A program made the position numbers and the translations under genes. This document shows positions 42,799 to 57,640 of a stretch of DNA of 64,000 bases, in pieces. The stretch is taken from assembly GCA_023213395.1 (NCBI GenBank), contig CM041465.1:55683741-55747740 (forward strand). Reading direction: 5' to 3'. The DNA is from Cycas panzhihuaensis (taxonomy: Eukaryota; Plantae; Cycadophyta). The notes under the pieces are model-generated. The model was given only the letters and a program-made list of their open reading frames with translations, was not told where the DNA came from and did not search any database. Each line of letters begins with the position of its first letter. Within the stretch, counting starts at the first letter, position 1.

Positions 42799-45700
42799 TA
42801 TTGGAAACATGAATCAAATAGATAAAACATATTATTTATATATACAGTAAGTACAAACATAAGATAGTAAGCACACAGTATGTTAGATTTATGTGGGAAA
42901 TCTTATGGTAAAAACCCACCACCAAAAACTCAATTAATTACATTAATATAGAATAATAATATAAATATAATAGACTTTAGATCTCTTTATATAGATCCTC
43001 AAGGTATACACCCATAAATAATATATTAACCTATATTCACAATATATTCCACATTTTTTGCACCACATATTTAACAATAGTCAGTATGCTAACATCTCTC
43101 CTTAATGTAAATGAAGGGTTTTGAAGTCTTCACAAAGGCCAGACTATCCTTTATCCTTACTAATACATCCTCCCTTAAGGATAACTTTGTTATGTCCCAC
43201 ATTGGCATAAATCTTTATGAAGCGATATATAGTAAGAGCTTTGGTGAATATGTCTGTAAGTTATTCTTCATTTGGATAAACTTCTATCTATAACTTCCTT
43301 GACCTAATATACTCATAAATGTAATAGTGTTAGATCTGTACATGCTTTATGCATATATAAAATTTTGGATTCTTTGAATGTCAAATAACACTCTGGTTAT
43401 TAATTAGTATAATAGGTGTGTTAGAAGATGTTCCAAGATTCTTCAAAAGCCCTTGCAATCATACTGATTCCCTTGCACCTATATTGATTCCTTAGTATTC
43501 TACCTCTATAGAAGATAATGCAATGGTGGTTTACTTTTTTAATTATCATGATACTAACCCATTGCCAATATCAAACATATATCTAGTAGTTGATTTCCCA
43601 TCTTTAGTATCTCCACCTAAATCTGCATCAGTGTACCCATGCAATTTTGTCTCTCCACCTCAAAGATATTCAAGTCCAAGATTGAATGTTCTATTAACAT
43701 ACTTAAAAATCCTCTTCACAGCTACCTAATATGGTTCTTATGGATTCTGCATGTATTGAAATACTAATCTAATAACATAAGTAATATTTATCCTAGTATG
43801 AGTTAAGAAAATCAAACTCCCTACTAATTATCGATATAGTGTCCTATCTACAATGGGCTTATTCATATCTTTCAAGAGCTTTGTTTCTTTTACACATATA
43901 TCTTCACTGGTTTGCAATCCTTCATCCTAAATCTCTTAAGCAAGTTCTTTGAATACCTTAACTAAACATCATGATTTGATTATCCATCTACTTGACCTCA
44001 ATACCTAAGAAGTAATGAAGTAGCTTGAGGTTTATCATATTGAAAGTGTATCCTAAATAGGAACTTATAACTATAATAGTCCTATTATAATTGCCTATAA
44101 TAATAAGGTCATCTACATTTAATATAATAGAAACTATTATAGATCAATTCATTTGAATATATAGGTTCAACTCTAATTTTGTTATCATAAAATCATCCTT
44201 CTTTAATCTGGCATCTATCTTGGTGTATCAAATATGTAGTGCTTATTTTAGGCCATAGAGTGATTTATTTAAGCAATACAATAAGTTCTCTTATCCCTCC
44301 TTTACAAAACTAAAAGGTTAAGCTATATAGATCTCCTCTTTCAAGTCTTTGTTAAGGAAAGTTGACTTTACATCCATCTAGTATAACTCCTAACCATATA
44401 TAGTTGCTAAAGTAAGGATTAATTAGACTATTGACATCTTGGAGAATGGTGAAAATGTCTCCTCATAGTTGATTCCTTCTTTCTATTTGAACCCATGCAT
44501 AATAAGTATGGCCTTATACTTATCTACCTCTACATTAGAGTGAAACTTCATCTTATAAACCCACTTATAATTAACCAAGTATGTAGTTGGAGCTAAGGGA
44601 ACCAAATCCCATATATCATCTTTATGATTAAACTACACTCCTCCTCTATTACAACTATGTATCACATATTTCCTTTTACTTCTTCATACAAAATAGGATC
44701 ATTAGATTTGTTTGTATTCACCATTAAAGTCTGACTAGTATGTTAATTTCTTGTACGCCATATATCTACAAGATCTTCTACCATCATATCAGATTCATTT
44801 ATCATCCTCCTAACACATAGTAGAACACATGGTATTTTACATGCCTCTTCCTATGATGGATCCTTATTATTACTATCACTTGGTCTAACTTTCATTTCTC
44901 TCATAGTGCTTGGCTTATTATCCTCTACACCTATTGAAACATGATTCAAAAATAGAAGAAGTGGGGGATAAAAGATTAGATGACCTCTCAACACGATACA
45001 TCATTGACTCATTAAACTTAACACCTTGACTAATCAAAAGCTTCCTTCCTTGTGGATCCTAAAGTCTATAAGCTTTATTCTCTTCCAAGTACACCATGAA
45101 GATACACTTTAAACTCTTAAGATCCATCTTCTTTTGATATACGTATGGGATGTATGCATATGCAATGCATCCAAATATTTTGAAATAGTTCATGGAAGGT
45201 TTTTAACTAGTCTAACTCTCTTTGGGGGTAATCCCATGAATAACTTTTATCAATACCATATTTAAAATATAAACAAATGTTGCAATAACTTTTATCTAAA
45301 ACATTGGGAATAAGTTCTTTGCATGTACCATGTACCTTACCATCTCCATTATGGCATGGCTCTTTCTCTTTGCAATACCATTTTATTATGGGGTATATGG
45401 GATGGTTAGTTTATATTTTATACTGTGATCTTGGAAGAATTTATTAAAGGCATTATTGTTGTACTCCTTTATATTATTATTTCTCAAAACTTTTATTTTC
45501 TTATCACTCTCATTCTTGACTTGAATTTCTCATTTGTAAAAGTAGTTGAACACTTTCGACTTATTTTTTAGGAATAAGATCTAATATTTTCTAGTATAAT
45601 CATTTATAAACATAAGATTAAAACAAATACTTAATATAGAAGGATTTGATAGTGGCCCCATGAAATCAACTCGCATGAGTTCTAGCTTCTCCTTAGCTCT

Positions 45701-48172
45701 CTAGGCACAATCCCTAGCAAAAGGATATAAATGGTGCTTCCCATACATACATCCTTCACAAATGACTTCTAAACATGGAACTTGTGGTAGACCTGCCACC
45801 ATCTTTAACTTATTCATAAGGTTAATGTTCTTATAGTCAATATGTTTAAGGCACTCATGTCACAACTTACTCATATCATTGATGCTAGCAATAAAAGTAG
45901 AGGATTTGTTTTGAGCTCTAAAATTTTCAAACACCCAAAAGTTATCTTGAACTTTTCTAGTAGAAATGATAAAGAAGTTCTTTTTAAGATCCTTAACTAT
46001 GCATCTATTTTTATAAAGCTCAATTTTCATACATTTTTTGTAGATTTCCTAGGTAAAAAGAAGGTTGGTCTTCATCTTGGGTATATAATAAGCCCCATTG
46101 AATTTACCTCTATGCATGTAAAATAGAGCCAACACCTTCTACAGGTAATACATAGGCATCTCTAAGAACAACATGAGCATCACTTGAACTAGCACTATTT
46201 CTAATAGGTAATATATTTCTATGCTCCAGAGTCAAGGATCTAATAGTCTCTCTAATTTAACTTAGTTGATAATGTTGACACCCTATAAAGTTTTAAATAC
46301 AACTGGTAGTTTTGACATAGTGATCATAAAGAGCAATGCATCATCTATTGTGTTTGACTTTAATTCTTCTAATATATTCCTCAAATCAGTGATCTTGTTT
46401 AAGTACATGCTTACATTACTCTTAGCCTCTATTGTCAAATTTATCAACTCCATCATAAAGGAAAAATAACAATTTGTCTTCTTTTTTTCAAATGTCTCAC
46501 ACAACTTCAATTAGATCTTATGAGGTGTTTCTAGGTTGTGTACTAAAGCTCTTTGGTCTAGAAACAAAGATAACTTAAGTAATCCCACAACCATGAATTG
46601 TTTCTCCTCCACATGAACACATTCTTTCTCATCTAAAGGAATTACCAATGGTGCATATTTGGTAATGCCCTAAAGTTGGTTCACCATAATAAATAATTCC
46701 ATATTTTCCTTCCATTCACTAAAGTTATTCCCATTAAATATGACATGGGGAACCAACTTTTTCATGGCAAAAAAATGAATGAGTATTAGGTCTCTACACC
46801 AAATTACATAGGCAATATTTCCTCGAATGAATTGCAATATAATGTTTAATTACACATAAATAATCCATTCTAAATCGCAAAGTTTAAAGGCTCAACATAG
46901 TAGTTAAACACTCACTCATGAGCCTACACATAATTCAATGCAAAAAGATAACATTGAATACTAAACAAGTCTAAAATGAATATGTAATTCATTGCTATAT
47001 TGAGATGAATCTCTCAAGCGCTAATCACATCAATATAATAATAATAAATATTTGATCCAATGGTTAATGATGCCACTATAAAATGCCTAAGAGCTAACCA
47101 TTACACACCTATTTTATATCACACAATTAAAAAGAAAACAAAGGCATATTATTTAATTATATACACCTCCATTATGCCATCAAATCTTTAATGTTATAAT
47201 AATAAAATAAAAATGAAATATATATAAATATTAAGGTTTAAACCTTTATATATTAATGCATCTTTGATTTTCGATTGAGTTTTAAAGCTACAACTCTGTG
47301 TAATGTGCACGACTGGCTTTATGATTATATGTAACTCTACATCTCTTTGCATAAGACTAAGGCAACTTAACCATGGTTGATGACCCATGTCTAGCTAGTG
47401 ACACTTAACTCAACTTTCATCTAGTGTAATGACCTCAATTAGTGACTCAATAGGCAACTCCATCTAATCTTGTGGATATATAATTTCTTGTCATAAATTT
47501 CAATAAAAAGAAAACCTATGTATAACTTCTCGTATGCTAACATTACCCCTCTCCTTACGTTAGATAACCTCAATTATGTAAAGTGCAAGTTGAGTTCTTT
47601 CCTCATGTTTAGCAACATTTGTGATAGTATAGACTAAGATATATATGAGGGTGGATCTCCTTGCTTAATATAAAGTATCTCTCCCATTATATATGACATG
47701 TCTTCAATATATAACCATTGGCTCATCGACCATTATTGTACTATGATTGCTCTTATTATTGTTGATAAAGATCTGTCCTCACTTAAGGGTTATACTAACA
47801 TTATTTGATAATTGATGACCTTATCACTCCATCCACCATAAGCTTCTATTTCATATGATCATCTACTCTAATACCATATTAGAAATAAGAATCAAATAGA
47901 TAAACTAGATCATTTATATACACAACAAGCACAAACATAAGATAATAAACACATATTATATTAGATTTACATGGGAAAACTCATAGGCAAAAACCACCAC
48001 CAAAATTTTAATTAATTACATTGATATAGAATAATAATACAAATATAATGGACTATGGATCTCTTTATATAGATTCTCAAGGTGTATAACCATAAATAAT
48101 ACTTTGGCCTATATTTATAATATGCTCTACATTATTCACACCACACTTTTACCATTAGTCAATATGTTAACA
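42799..48172 (-). mobile_element. Element D: full-length decayed Ty1/Copia
   Basis: 296-bp LTRs 42799-43094 and 47877-48172, PBS (rc) 47865-47876, PPT (rc) 43095-43105. gag ~46260-46770, protease ILDSGA ~46230, CEGCVYGKH, integrase ~45100-45700, RT ~43700-44650, RH ~43120-43600. TSD not matched. Confidence 0.92.
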
Positions 48173-48686
48173 TTGAGTTCATTGATGAGCTAGTTAACCC
48201 AAATACAAAGCCAATATAAGGTGTGAATTGATGAGCCATAAATCAGATTATGCTAGTTAAGTCAGTGACATGTGACTAGGATTCTAGGGTAAGATGAAAG
48301 TGATGAAGCCACATGATGAAGAATACAATAAACTGATGGTATATTGATATTGAATTTATTGTGGATATATATTTATGTATATGGGCCTATATTATAGAAC
48401 ATGTAGGTTTGAATCAAGTCCACCAAATTTGATAAGAAGATGCTATTGTTAGTTGAGTTTGGCTATGTAAATTGACTCCTTACATATGTGATTAAGGTCT
48501 TATAAAACTAGTCATTTCACTAAGCTCATAACTAATAATAGTAAAATAAATAAGTATTGATAAGAATTTTTATCTACCTTAGCTTAAGGATTTTCTTCCA
48601 GTTAAAGGTATTTTTATAGAAATTTAGTTGTTGAGAGATATACAAAAATATATTCATAAAAATGAAGATTGAATGAAGAAGATGAA

Positions 48687-48758
48687 ATATATATATATAT
48701 ATATGTGTGTGTGTATGTATGTGTGTGTGTGCGCACGCGCATGTGTGTGTGTGTGTGT
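48687..48758. repeat. Compound (AT)n(GT)n microsatellite
   Basis: Directly visible. Shorter SSRs also occur at ~7822 (GT), ~8317 (AG), ~10423 (CT) and ~51726 (AT/GT). Confidence 0.9.
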
Positions 48759-49929
48759 TTAAAAATTAAATTAGATTAAATAAATCATTAGAGTCCATGG
48801 TGTAGGACCGTTTGATCTACATATGCACATAACATGTGATTGGGGTTAAACCTAAAAGGGGCGAAACTTAAATATTATAAGGTAAATTGAATTATTTTTG
48901 TAAATTAAAAAATAGAATAAATTAAATTTAAATTTTATTTGGAATCCACAAATCCCCCCACTTTATTAGCTTAAGGTCATATGGTGTCACAACATGACTA
49001 ACAACCTAGCGCTAAAGGGGCTTAAGCCATTTTCTTAAGGGCTATGCATTTTTTAATAACATATTATCATTGTTTTAATCATAACTTTTCATTAGGATGT
49101 TAGGTTCAAGTGTTATTAGTTGCATTCAAAAGACAATTTTAAGACAATCAAAACAAATGGTTATAAAGAATATCTTAGAAATCAAGTGATATAGATTTTA
49201 ATGTGTAAAGTTTAGTAAAATGGTTTGACCTTATGAAAGTTGCATTTTATGACCTTTTCTAGAATTGTTTGAGGATATTATAATAATTTTAAAGGGTTTA
49301 GAGATGATAATGATCTTGATAATAAATGATAAATTTAAAAGGAAGTTTCATTTAAAATGAAGACATTTAAGTCTCATTAGTGATATTTAAACAATTAAAA
49401 CATATAAAAAATTCATGTTGTGGGATATATTTGGTGAAAATTTGATATGAGAATTTTATACATATATTAAACATGTTAAAATCAACTTTGTAATTAAACA
49501 CATTTGATCTAGTGAAGTTAGCCACTAATTAAATGCCATAATCATCTAGTTTATTTAACACTTGTTTGAAGATTGATGATACTACTTGATATTTGATAAA
49601 GGGCCTACTTGTTTTCTTATTAGAGAGATAAATAGATGTAATGATTGAGTGGAATTTCCACTTATTTATGTGACATGGAGAATAAGAAGTGTTTACTTAT
49701 CACTAAATTAGCTATTAAAGTTATCCAACTGATATATATGATAAGTGTTTATTAATGAGAAATCTAACTTGCCACATATAATAAGGGGCATAAAAACATA
49801 TTGTTTATATTACCTTATTATAATTAACTTATCTTCGCTTAGTAGTACGCCTAATTCCTAGAACTAATATATTTGGATGATTGATCTATTGATGATGATG
49901 AATTATTTATTAGTTAACAAAAAAAAAGT

Positions 49930-50170
49930 TATAAGTGTGCAGAAGTACCAATGAAGGTAGCACACAAGTTATTTGATCGTATGCAAGAGGCAAGATGAAT
50001 GAGCCTATTCTTATATAACTTATAAATTGTGTTGTCATTCTTGTATGTAAGAAGTAAGAAAGTTTATGCTAATCTTATTTGCTAATGAACCATGCATAAG
50101 AAGCATATTCTAGAGAATTAGTGATTATAATAGTTGGTTACCCATGTATTTTGATAGATGGTTATTGTTT
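49930..50170 (+). pseudogene. Decayed PPR-motif fragments inside element E
   Basis: YKCAEVPMKVAHKLFDRMQEAR (49930-49995) and LVTH..LIDGYC (LIDGYC at 50151-50168). Confidence 0.45.
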
Positions 50171-51725
50171 TATATGGACGATAGTAATCTTTTAGATGAT
50201 AAATTGATATAATTGATGTTTATATTAACTTTTTAGGTGAATATATATTGTTATTTAGGAAAACATTTTATATAAATATGACAAGGGAAAGCCATGGAGT
50301 TGAGATTAGAGGTTTATTGATTGATGATTAATATATAGATATATTATAAGTTGGTTGATCATAGCTGGTTACTAATGATCATAGATGACTATAGATGCTT
50401 ATAGGTTAATTACTTATAGGAAACAAACATGATATTAATAGATTTATAGGTAATATGTGATACAACTTGATACAAAATGATATAGGTTATAGGTTTATAG
50501 GTTCCAAAATATAAGAAACATAAGAAGACATGAAGACCGAGGATAAAGATGAAGACTTGAATATTTAAAGACATTAAATATTAAGGTGGAGTCTTAGAAT
50601 ATATGATTTTCTCACATATCTAATATTTAATATGATATAGTGGATCCACACAGAATCTCACATACCAAAAGCATTGAGTGATGTGATATGCATAATTATT
50701 CATATAAATATATATACATATCACTTAAAAATTTGAGAAAGGATTGAGAGAGAAAGGACTTATCTAGAGATGTATCATTAGATATCTAAAGATAAGCTTC
50801 CAACTCCAACCTTCTTCCATGGTTTTTTCCACACTGGGTTTTCCATGTATAAATATGTTTTCTCTTTTGTGGTGATGTTTTATGATGTTTTATCATATAT
50901 TATGATGTTTATACTTTATATTTCATGTTATTGCTTTATACGTTGATCTTACATATATGAATTATGTATATTCCTCATAATATTATTGATATATTATATA
51001 TATTTGATATACTTTTGCTACACTTAATGACTACATTCGAATATTATATTAGAGTTAAATTCTAAATTGTGATACAACCACTACTTGATAACTTAAGAAA
51101 GGTTAAGAAAGATCAAGCTTGAAGAGATGTAATCATTTGGAGATCATAATAAATGAAAGCTATGAACTCCAACCTTCTTCCATGGGTTTTTGCATCTTGT
51201 GTTTTCTACATATAAATCTATTATCTCTTGTGGTGCATACTCATTTTATTATGTTGATGTCTATTACTTTATATTCATTATATTATTTGATATATTTATG
51301 TTACAATACATCATTTGTATATATAATCCTCATGATATGATTGATTTATTATATATGATTGATATACTTTTGTTGTAACTGATGAGTATATTCTAATAAG
51401 GTTTTATAGTTAAATTATAAATTCTAATAGATTTAAAAAGAAGGGAGTAAGAGGAGAAGAAGGGGTTGGTATTAAAGAAGTAGGAAGTGATGTAGAGTAA
51501 GGGGCGATGTCTACAGCCTATTAATCCCTAAAAGTATATAATAATTTCACCTAGTGTATTAAGACAAGTGTGAAAAGCTTGCCAAAATAATATAGATAAG
51601 CTTTAAATGTGAAAATTAGGTCGTGGGACCTATGAGGTACTTGTATATATTTTTTATTAAAAGTTTAGGTTGAAACTAACCTAATGAAACATAATTAGTA
51701 CAAAGCACTTATTAAAATTATATAC

Positions 51726-51761
<36 letters not shown>

Positions 51762-52839
51762 ATACACATACACACATACGAATGAGATAAGGGTAAAATT
51801 TGAATAGAGACCTCTAGTACATGTTTTAACTACAAAATTATAATATCTATAGAAGTGACCATGTAGAGGTCAAATCCTATAGGCAAGTTTTTTTCCTTTT
51901 TTTTTTAATACCTTTTTTTTTCTTTTTATGATGAAGACTTTTGGACTTTCTAGCTAATGGTTTAAATATGAAGGAGTCTCCAAATAGGGTTCCAGATAAG
52001 TTTACTATGGTTGACGAGATTACAATAATTTTTTTCTACCTTACATTCTATTGACGATAAGACTTTTTTTTAGACTGAAACAACTTTAGTTTTGCTTATC
52101 TATTATATTTTTCCCTCAACATTTTTACCAATTCAAAGTAGTTTCTAGGAAACTAATTTTTGGGCAAACTCTCAACATAGGGCTTCTTATAAGCTTCTTA
52201 GTCATAATAGTGCTCAAGATAATATGTTAGGGTATTAACTACAAAGGATTGTTATACCCATATCCATGCTATTTGTGTTTGAGGTGTTCAAGGAGGGTAG
52301 CTTTCTTGGCACTAAATACTAATCAATGTACTATAAATATATAAGTTCTCAACTAGTTTCTATTCTAAGTTATATGAATAGAGCCTATAAGGGTCCTCCT
52401 ATATACCCAAGGGTATGTGGAGGCTTAATTTTATATATAGGCACTATCTGGGGCTTGGGTATTAGTAAAATCTACCTTATTTCACATGCTAGTATATACC
52501 TAATCATGTTTGGCCAAAAGTGATAGCTTCCCATGGATGTTTTAAAAACCTTAGAATATGGTTTCTACCTAGAACTCTATAGGAACTTAGAAAAAGTGGG
52601 AAATAAAAATGTTATAAAAAAGATTTTTTATTTTTACTTGATCTCTATAAATAATAACAAAACAATAAAGAGAGAGTATATAAATATGGAAATTAGTAAG
52701 TAGAAATTAACCAAAGAGGAAGAAGGTTTGTGATATTTCACCATAGGATTTTTTTTTTCTAACTTTTCATCTCCTTTATATCTTTGCAATCATACCTTTC
52801 TTCTTCAAATGAATTAGTGTACCAAGCTATAATACCACT

Positions 52840-53235
52840 TGAGACAGTTTCTCCCTGGTATTCTCCACAAATAAGTAATTCAACAAACTCAAAGGACACA
52901 ATATGATAGCAAATAGACTCTCTTTATTAATAATGAGAACTAGATTATAGAAAAAAGAAACTTATAATTACACCAAATGAACACCAAAAGATGTAACATA
53001 ATATGCTATTACATATGATTTTAATATATCATAATGTGATTACATTTGATAGGGTCTTAAATAGATAATAAATTCATCCTCTATAGGATCCTATTGGTGG
53101 GTGCAAGTGGCACCCAATTCTATTTGTAAGGGTAAATGGCCTACACATAAAAGTTAATGGCTAACATTGACAGTTAAGTCCCTAGGTCACATGTTCTAAC
53201 ATTTAGGTTCTACTAACAATAGGGGTTATATAATA
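52840..53235 (-). repeat. 5' LTR of element A
   Basis: Matches 19170-19554; PBS adjacent. Confidence 0.85.
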
Positions 53236-54599
53236 AGCATGCATATTAATAAAAATAAAATCTAATCTTTTCTATTTAGGATAAAGCAAATAGAGTTTTA
53301 TTTTTAAAATTGAAATAACTTTTTCTTTTTGTATTAAAAAGAGGAAAATACTTACATATTTTTTAGAAGTAATTAAGAGGATTTCCAAAATAAAAAATCA
53401 AGTTAATTTTTTCCTTATGGAGGGGTGATCTTTCATTTGAAAAGGGAGGGTCACATTTAGGTTTTATTTTTAATAGAAGCATTTTTAATGACTAAAGTAG
53501 AAAGGGGATATATATTTACATCTTAAAATTGATCTAGAGGGGGAAGGGTGGTTTGTTTTAATAATTACTTTAATTATCATAATCAAAAGGGGATTTATTT
53601 CAAAAGAAACCAAAATAATTAAGTGTCATATAGGGGTGGTGAATTATTACATCTATAAATGGGGTTTCTATGTAAGAAAGTTAAAAAATATTAATTATAT
53701 TTTTGTATTTTAATTTTAATTTTATTTATTTTATTTCTAATTCCTGCAAAAAAACATGTGATTAAAGAAAATGCAACAAAAATATTAAACAAATGTTATT
53801 TAGGAGCCACCTCATACACTTGTTATTTTCAATCTTCATAAGGAGAATTTCAATTTTTTCCTATGGATTTGAATACTCTGTTACTTGGATGGCATTTTAG
53901 AAGTTAGTGTTATCTCATGTGGGGTGAATTTTATGTAATAAATTAAATGATTCTATCACTATTCTAATATGTTATTCTCCTTAGTTTTCTAAGGTATACC
54001 CTAAGTGTTTATGAGTAAAACCTTGACAACTATTCCAACTAACCTAATATTAGACTAAGACCCATTACCTAAAAACCAATTTATCTAAGAAACCATATGA
54101 GTTTATCATATTGGAAATAAGAGATAAAATTAAGAAATTCAAAATTATTTATTTAGGAGTACCTAATGCATGCTTTGGTTATAGGGAAATTAGGAATCTT
54201 ATAAAATCTTATCTAACAATTAATAAGATAAGAGGAGATTCAAAAGAGAGAAAGGTTGATAAAGTATAAGGACAAAAAGGTTAGACTAAATTGATAAAGA
54301 AAGCTAATAATAAAGTGGAGCATAAATATCTTCAATTTAGTAATCTAAACTTTAATCAAAATTTTGATTCCTTTATCACACCACCTATTATTTAGGATAT
54401 GCCTATTTTTATCAGGAATCACCCTTCTTAAATTTAGAAGAACTAAATGAAGAATTTAAAGGGAAAAATTAGGAAGAAATTTCTTTTAATTATGAGAACA
54501 AGATAGTTCTTTTTGGAATTGAAGCCATGAATAAAGATGGTAGATTAGAAGGCTCCCATTCTTTAATGGAGGATGTAGTTGAACTTTCCACCTATGAGA

Positions 54600-56090
54600 C
54601 ATGGAAATTTTTCATGGGATATTATAATTTTAGAGTTTCTAGACCATATGTTAGTTATTAGAATACATATGGCTAGAAGAGATCACATTTCATTTGCATA
54701 ACTTTGGAAGTTGAAATTTTAGGGCCTTCTGGTAGACTAATGCTTATATTAATTTTTCGATATATGATCCTAGTAAAGGAGTTATTTCCCTTCTGGTTAA
54801 TCTAAAATATGAAGAGATCCATTATTTCTAGAGAGTATAGCCCTTATAATAGATTTTTAAGCCATAATTAAAAAAGGGAATACTACATTTGTGTTTGCCT
54901 CTTTATATATCTGCATTTATCATAATGAAAGGACTTAATTTTGGAACTTATTTTTTGAGAAAGTAGAGTTTATCTCCTAGTTCATTGTAGGGGATTTCAA
55001 TATGGTGGAAAGCCCTTAAGATAAAAGAGGAGGAGGGCCCTTTGGATGGAAAGGTAAAGAGAAGGAAACTTAGATGCTTCTTAAGTCCTCCCTATCAATT
55101 GAAGATCCTATGTAGAAATGGGATTTCAAAGTATACAAGTTTTGGTTGACTTAGTATAATAAAAGATCTACCAAATCTAGTTCTTTGTTAGATTAAACAA
55201 AATACCAGTTCTTATTTATGTAAATAGAAGTATGGAAGAGTAGTTTGGTACACCTATTAAAGTTTGGGTAGCCATCCTTTTTAAGCATTTTCCAATCACT
55301 TTGGAGTTTAGAATTATGGATGCTATCTAAGAAAGGAAGTCCTCTTTATATAAAATTAATGTCTCCTTATTAGAGATGTATTCTAATAGGGCAACAATAA
55401 GAAGAATTTGGGATCTTGTATTAAATCCATACAAAGAAGCAAGTTTGCCTTTATGGTAGGATGATGCTATTAAGAGGGCTAACCTTTATTTGAGATTCTT
55501 TCACAAGCAAGTAGCCTATATTAGGAGGGAAAATGTGTTATGTTTAAATAATTCTTATGAATATAGCAAATAAGTTTGAATAATGGCCTTAAGATGTTGG
55601 TATTCAAATGGGTTTTGAAAATCCAAGTATATAATTAGGAGTTAAGAGGTTAGAGAAACAAATATTTTTGACATTAGGGCTAAATCATATTTAATAAAAT
55701 AAGGGAACAAAGGGGATAAGCTCTTCTTTAATTTTTTTGAGTAAAGATATAAAAGAATCAAATTTTCTTATTAAGACTGAAGAAGGTAGGTCCATAAATA
55801 AGGAGGGTATTAGAAAATATCTCTTGAATCTTTATAGAGATCTATTCAAAGTTCAATTGAAATCTTATTAAAATATTTGAAGAGATTTGCAAGAAAGTTA
55901 TTTAGAAAAAGGTCTTTGTCTTAAGGGATAAATATTTGGAAATGGATGTGTCTTTAGAGGAATTTGAGAAGGCTATTTAGTCTATAAAGAATGTTAGGTC
56001 TCCAAGACCTAATTGCTTATTGATTAAATTTTTTAACAAAAATTAGGGCTTGTTAAAGGAATGCTTATTGATGTTGGATAGTAATATTTA
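54600..56090 (+). mobile_element. Degenerate L1-type LINE ORF2 (APE endonuclease to start of RT)
   Basis: VGDFNMVE ~54990, HFPI ~55286, RSPRPN (KSPGPD-like) ~56000; truncated. Confidence 0.7.
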
Positions 56091-57519
56091 ATTACATAAG
56101 TTTTGATCCTAAACATTATTCACACTCACTTAATTTATTAGTAAACTTTATATTATGGTCACTTAGTTATGTATGCCACTTGGAATATGTGAGAATACAA
56201 AGGTTGACTTTCAGGGTTCTCCTACGTGAGGTGAGATATACCATAAATATTTACCTAATTTTTAAAATAAAATGAAGTTTGGTCATTCTTCCATATCCTT
56301 ATTAATTATTCATTTGTATATATTTTATCTTATTGAGTATTCTTATGCTATATTTAACTCATCTCTTTATCTATATTCATGTTCATGTTGGGTCCATTTT
56401 ACCTTGCTATGACTTCCACATACATTTATCAAATATCATGGTGTTAAAGATTGATCTTAATATCCAACATTATGGTTTCATAACCAATATTACAGTATCA
56501 AAACTGGATACCAAAATTTTGAACCTGGTAATAGATCCCAAAGTTTAATCCCTTAGTAATGGTAGTTTAGAGCCTACCTTTTAAAAAATTTTATAGCCTA
56601 GTTTATTTGAATTTTTAGATCCATTTTTTCATGAGCCTAATGCCTCCTTTTATAATATATTAATGCTTACTTTATGACATATATTAAGTTTATTTTAAAG
56701 AGTTATTTAAAATTATTTAAGGATATTTTAAAGCATTGAAAATAAATGTTTTGGGGATATTTTATTATTATGTTTTTATTGTATTTAGGGTAATGTTTGA
56801 AGGTAAAATGTTAAAATTATTTATAAAATTTAGGTTAAATATTTTTTAATATGTTGTAGAATTTTATGTGAAGTAAAATGCCATGTTTTGGAGCTACTCA
56901 TAAATTTTTGAAGTTGAAATAATGGACAATTTGTATGCATATGACTATATTTCATGAAGATTCTTCATACTGAAGTCTATAAATTAGTGAAGATTATCAT
57001 TTCTTACCATATTTTTATGAGTTTTTTTTTTTTTTTTCCAGTTAATATATGTTAATCTTTTACAAGCTAATGGGCAATTTACAAGAGTAATACATGTGTT
57101 TAGTGAAGGGGAGAACTCTAACTACATGGAAGTTAGAGGAGGCTACACAAATAATTAGTTTTTTGGAAATTTTGTATAGTAGAATATGTGAGCAACTAGT
57201 AACAAATAAAATGATTACAAGCCAAAAATATCTATTTATTTTTTAGTATCAATGCAAACCTTGCAAAGCCTTAAAAAAATAAAAGATATATAAAAAAAAA
57301 AACATTGAGGGTTTGAGAATTTCTTTTATGTGGCCTATGAAGATGTAGTATTTGGCCCTCACATATACTAAACAAAAAAGAAATATATATCTATTTAATT
57401 CTTGCAACCATAACTAAAAGTAGTATTACAAAATAAAAGAATAAAGAATAACATGTATTTAAAAAAATTAGATGGTTACTATTGATACTTACTTTTGTGC
57501 CTCCCCTAAATATGGGTTT

Positions 57520-57640
57520 ATTATAATGTTTTATTAGAGTGTGGTCTGTAAGAAGTTATATTCATCAACACAAGAACAAATAATCAACTACAAAATATTC
57601 AACTCTATAGCATACTCATTGCCTTGTAGAATAAATGAAT
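57520..57640 (+). mobile_element. Possible hAT transposase dimerisation-domain remnant
   Basis: RVWSVRSYIH resembles ERNWS...IH..RN.L. Confidence 0.3.

Larger units (their letters stand above)
42266..51074 (+). mobile_element. Element E: non-autonomous Copia-like LTR element
   Basis: LTRs 42266-42739 and 50592-51074, degenerate PBS TAGTATTAGAACCA 42740-42753, PPT TTAAGGTGGAG 50581-50591. No recognisable pol; TSD not evident. Confidence 0.75.
42074..51429 (+). mobile_element. Solo LTR F (42074-42265 + 51075-51429) split by element E
   Basis: Perfect TSD GATTT (42069-42073 / 51430-51434). The two halves join into one LTR homologous to E LTRs; ends TATTAGAAT...ATTCTAATA. Confidence 0.8.

Noticed and set aside
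42794-48177. TSD for element D
   Set aside because: Flanks CCTAA and TTGAG do not match; not claimed
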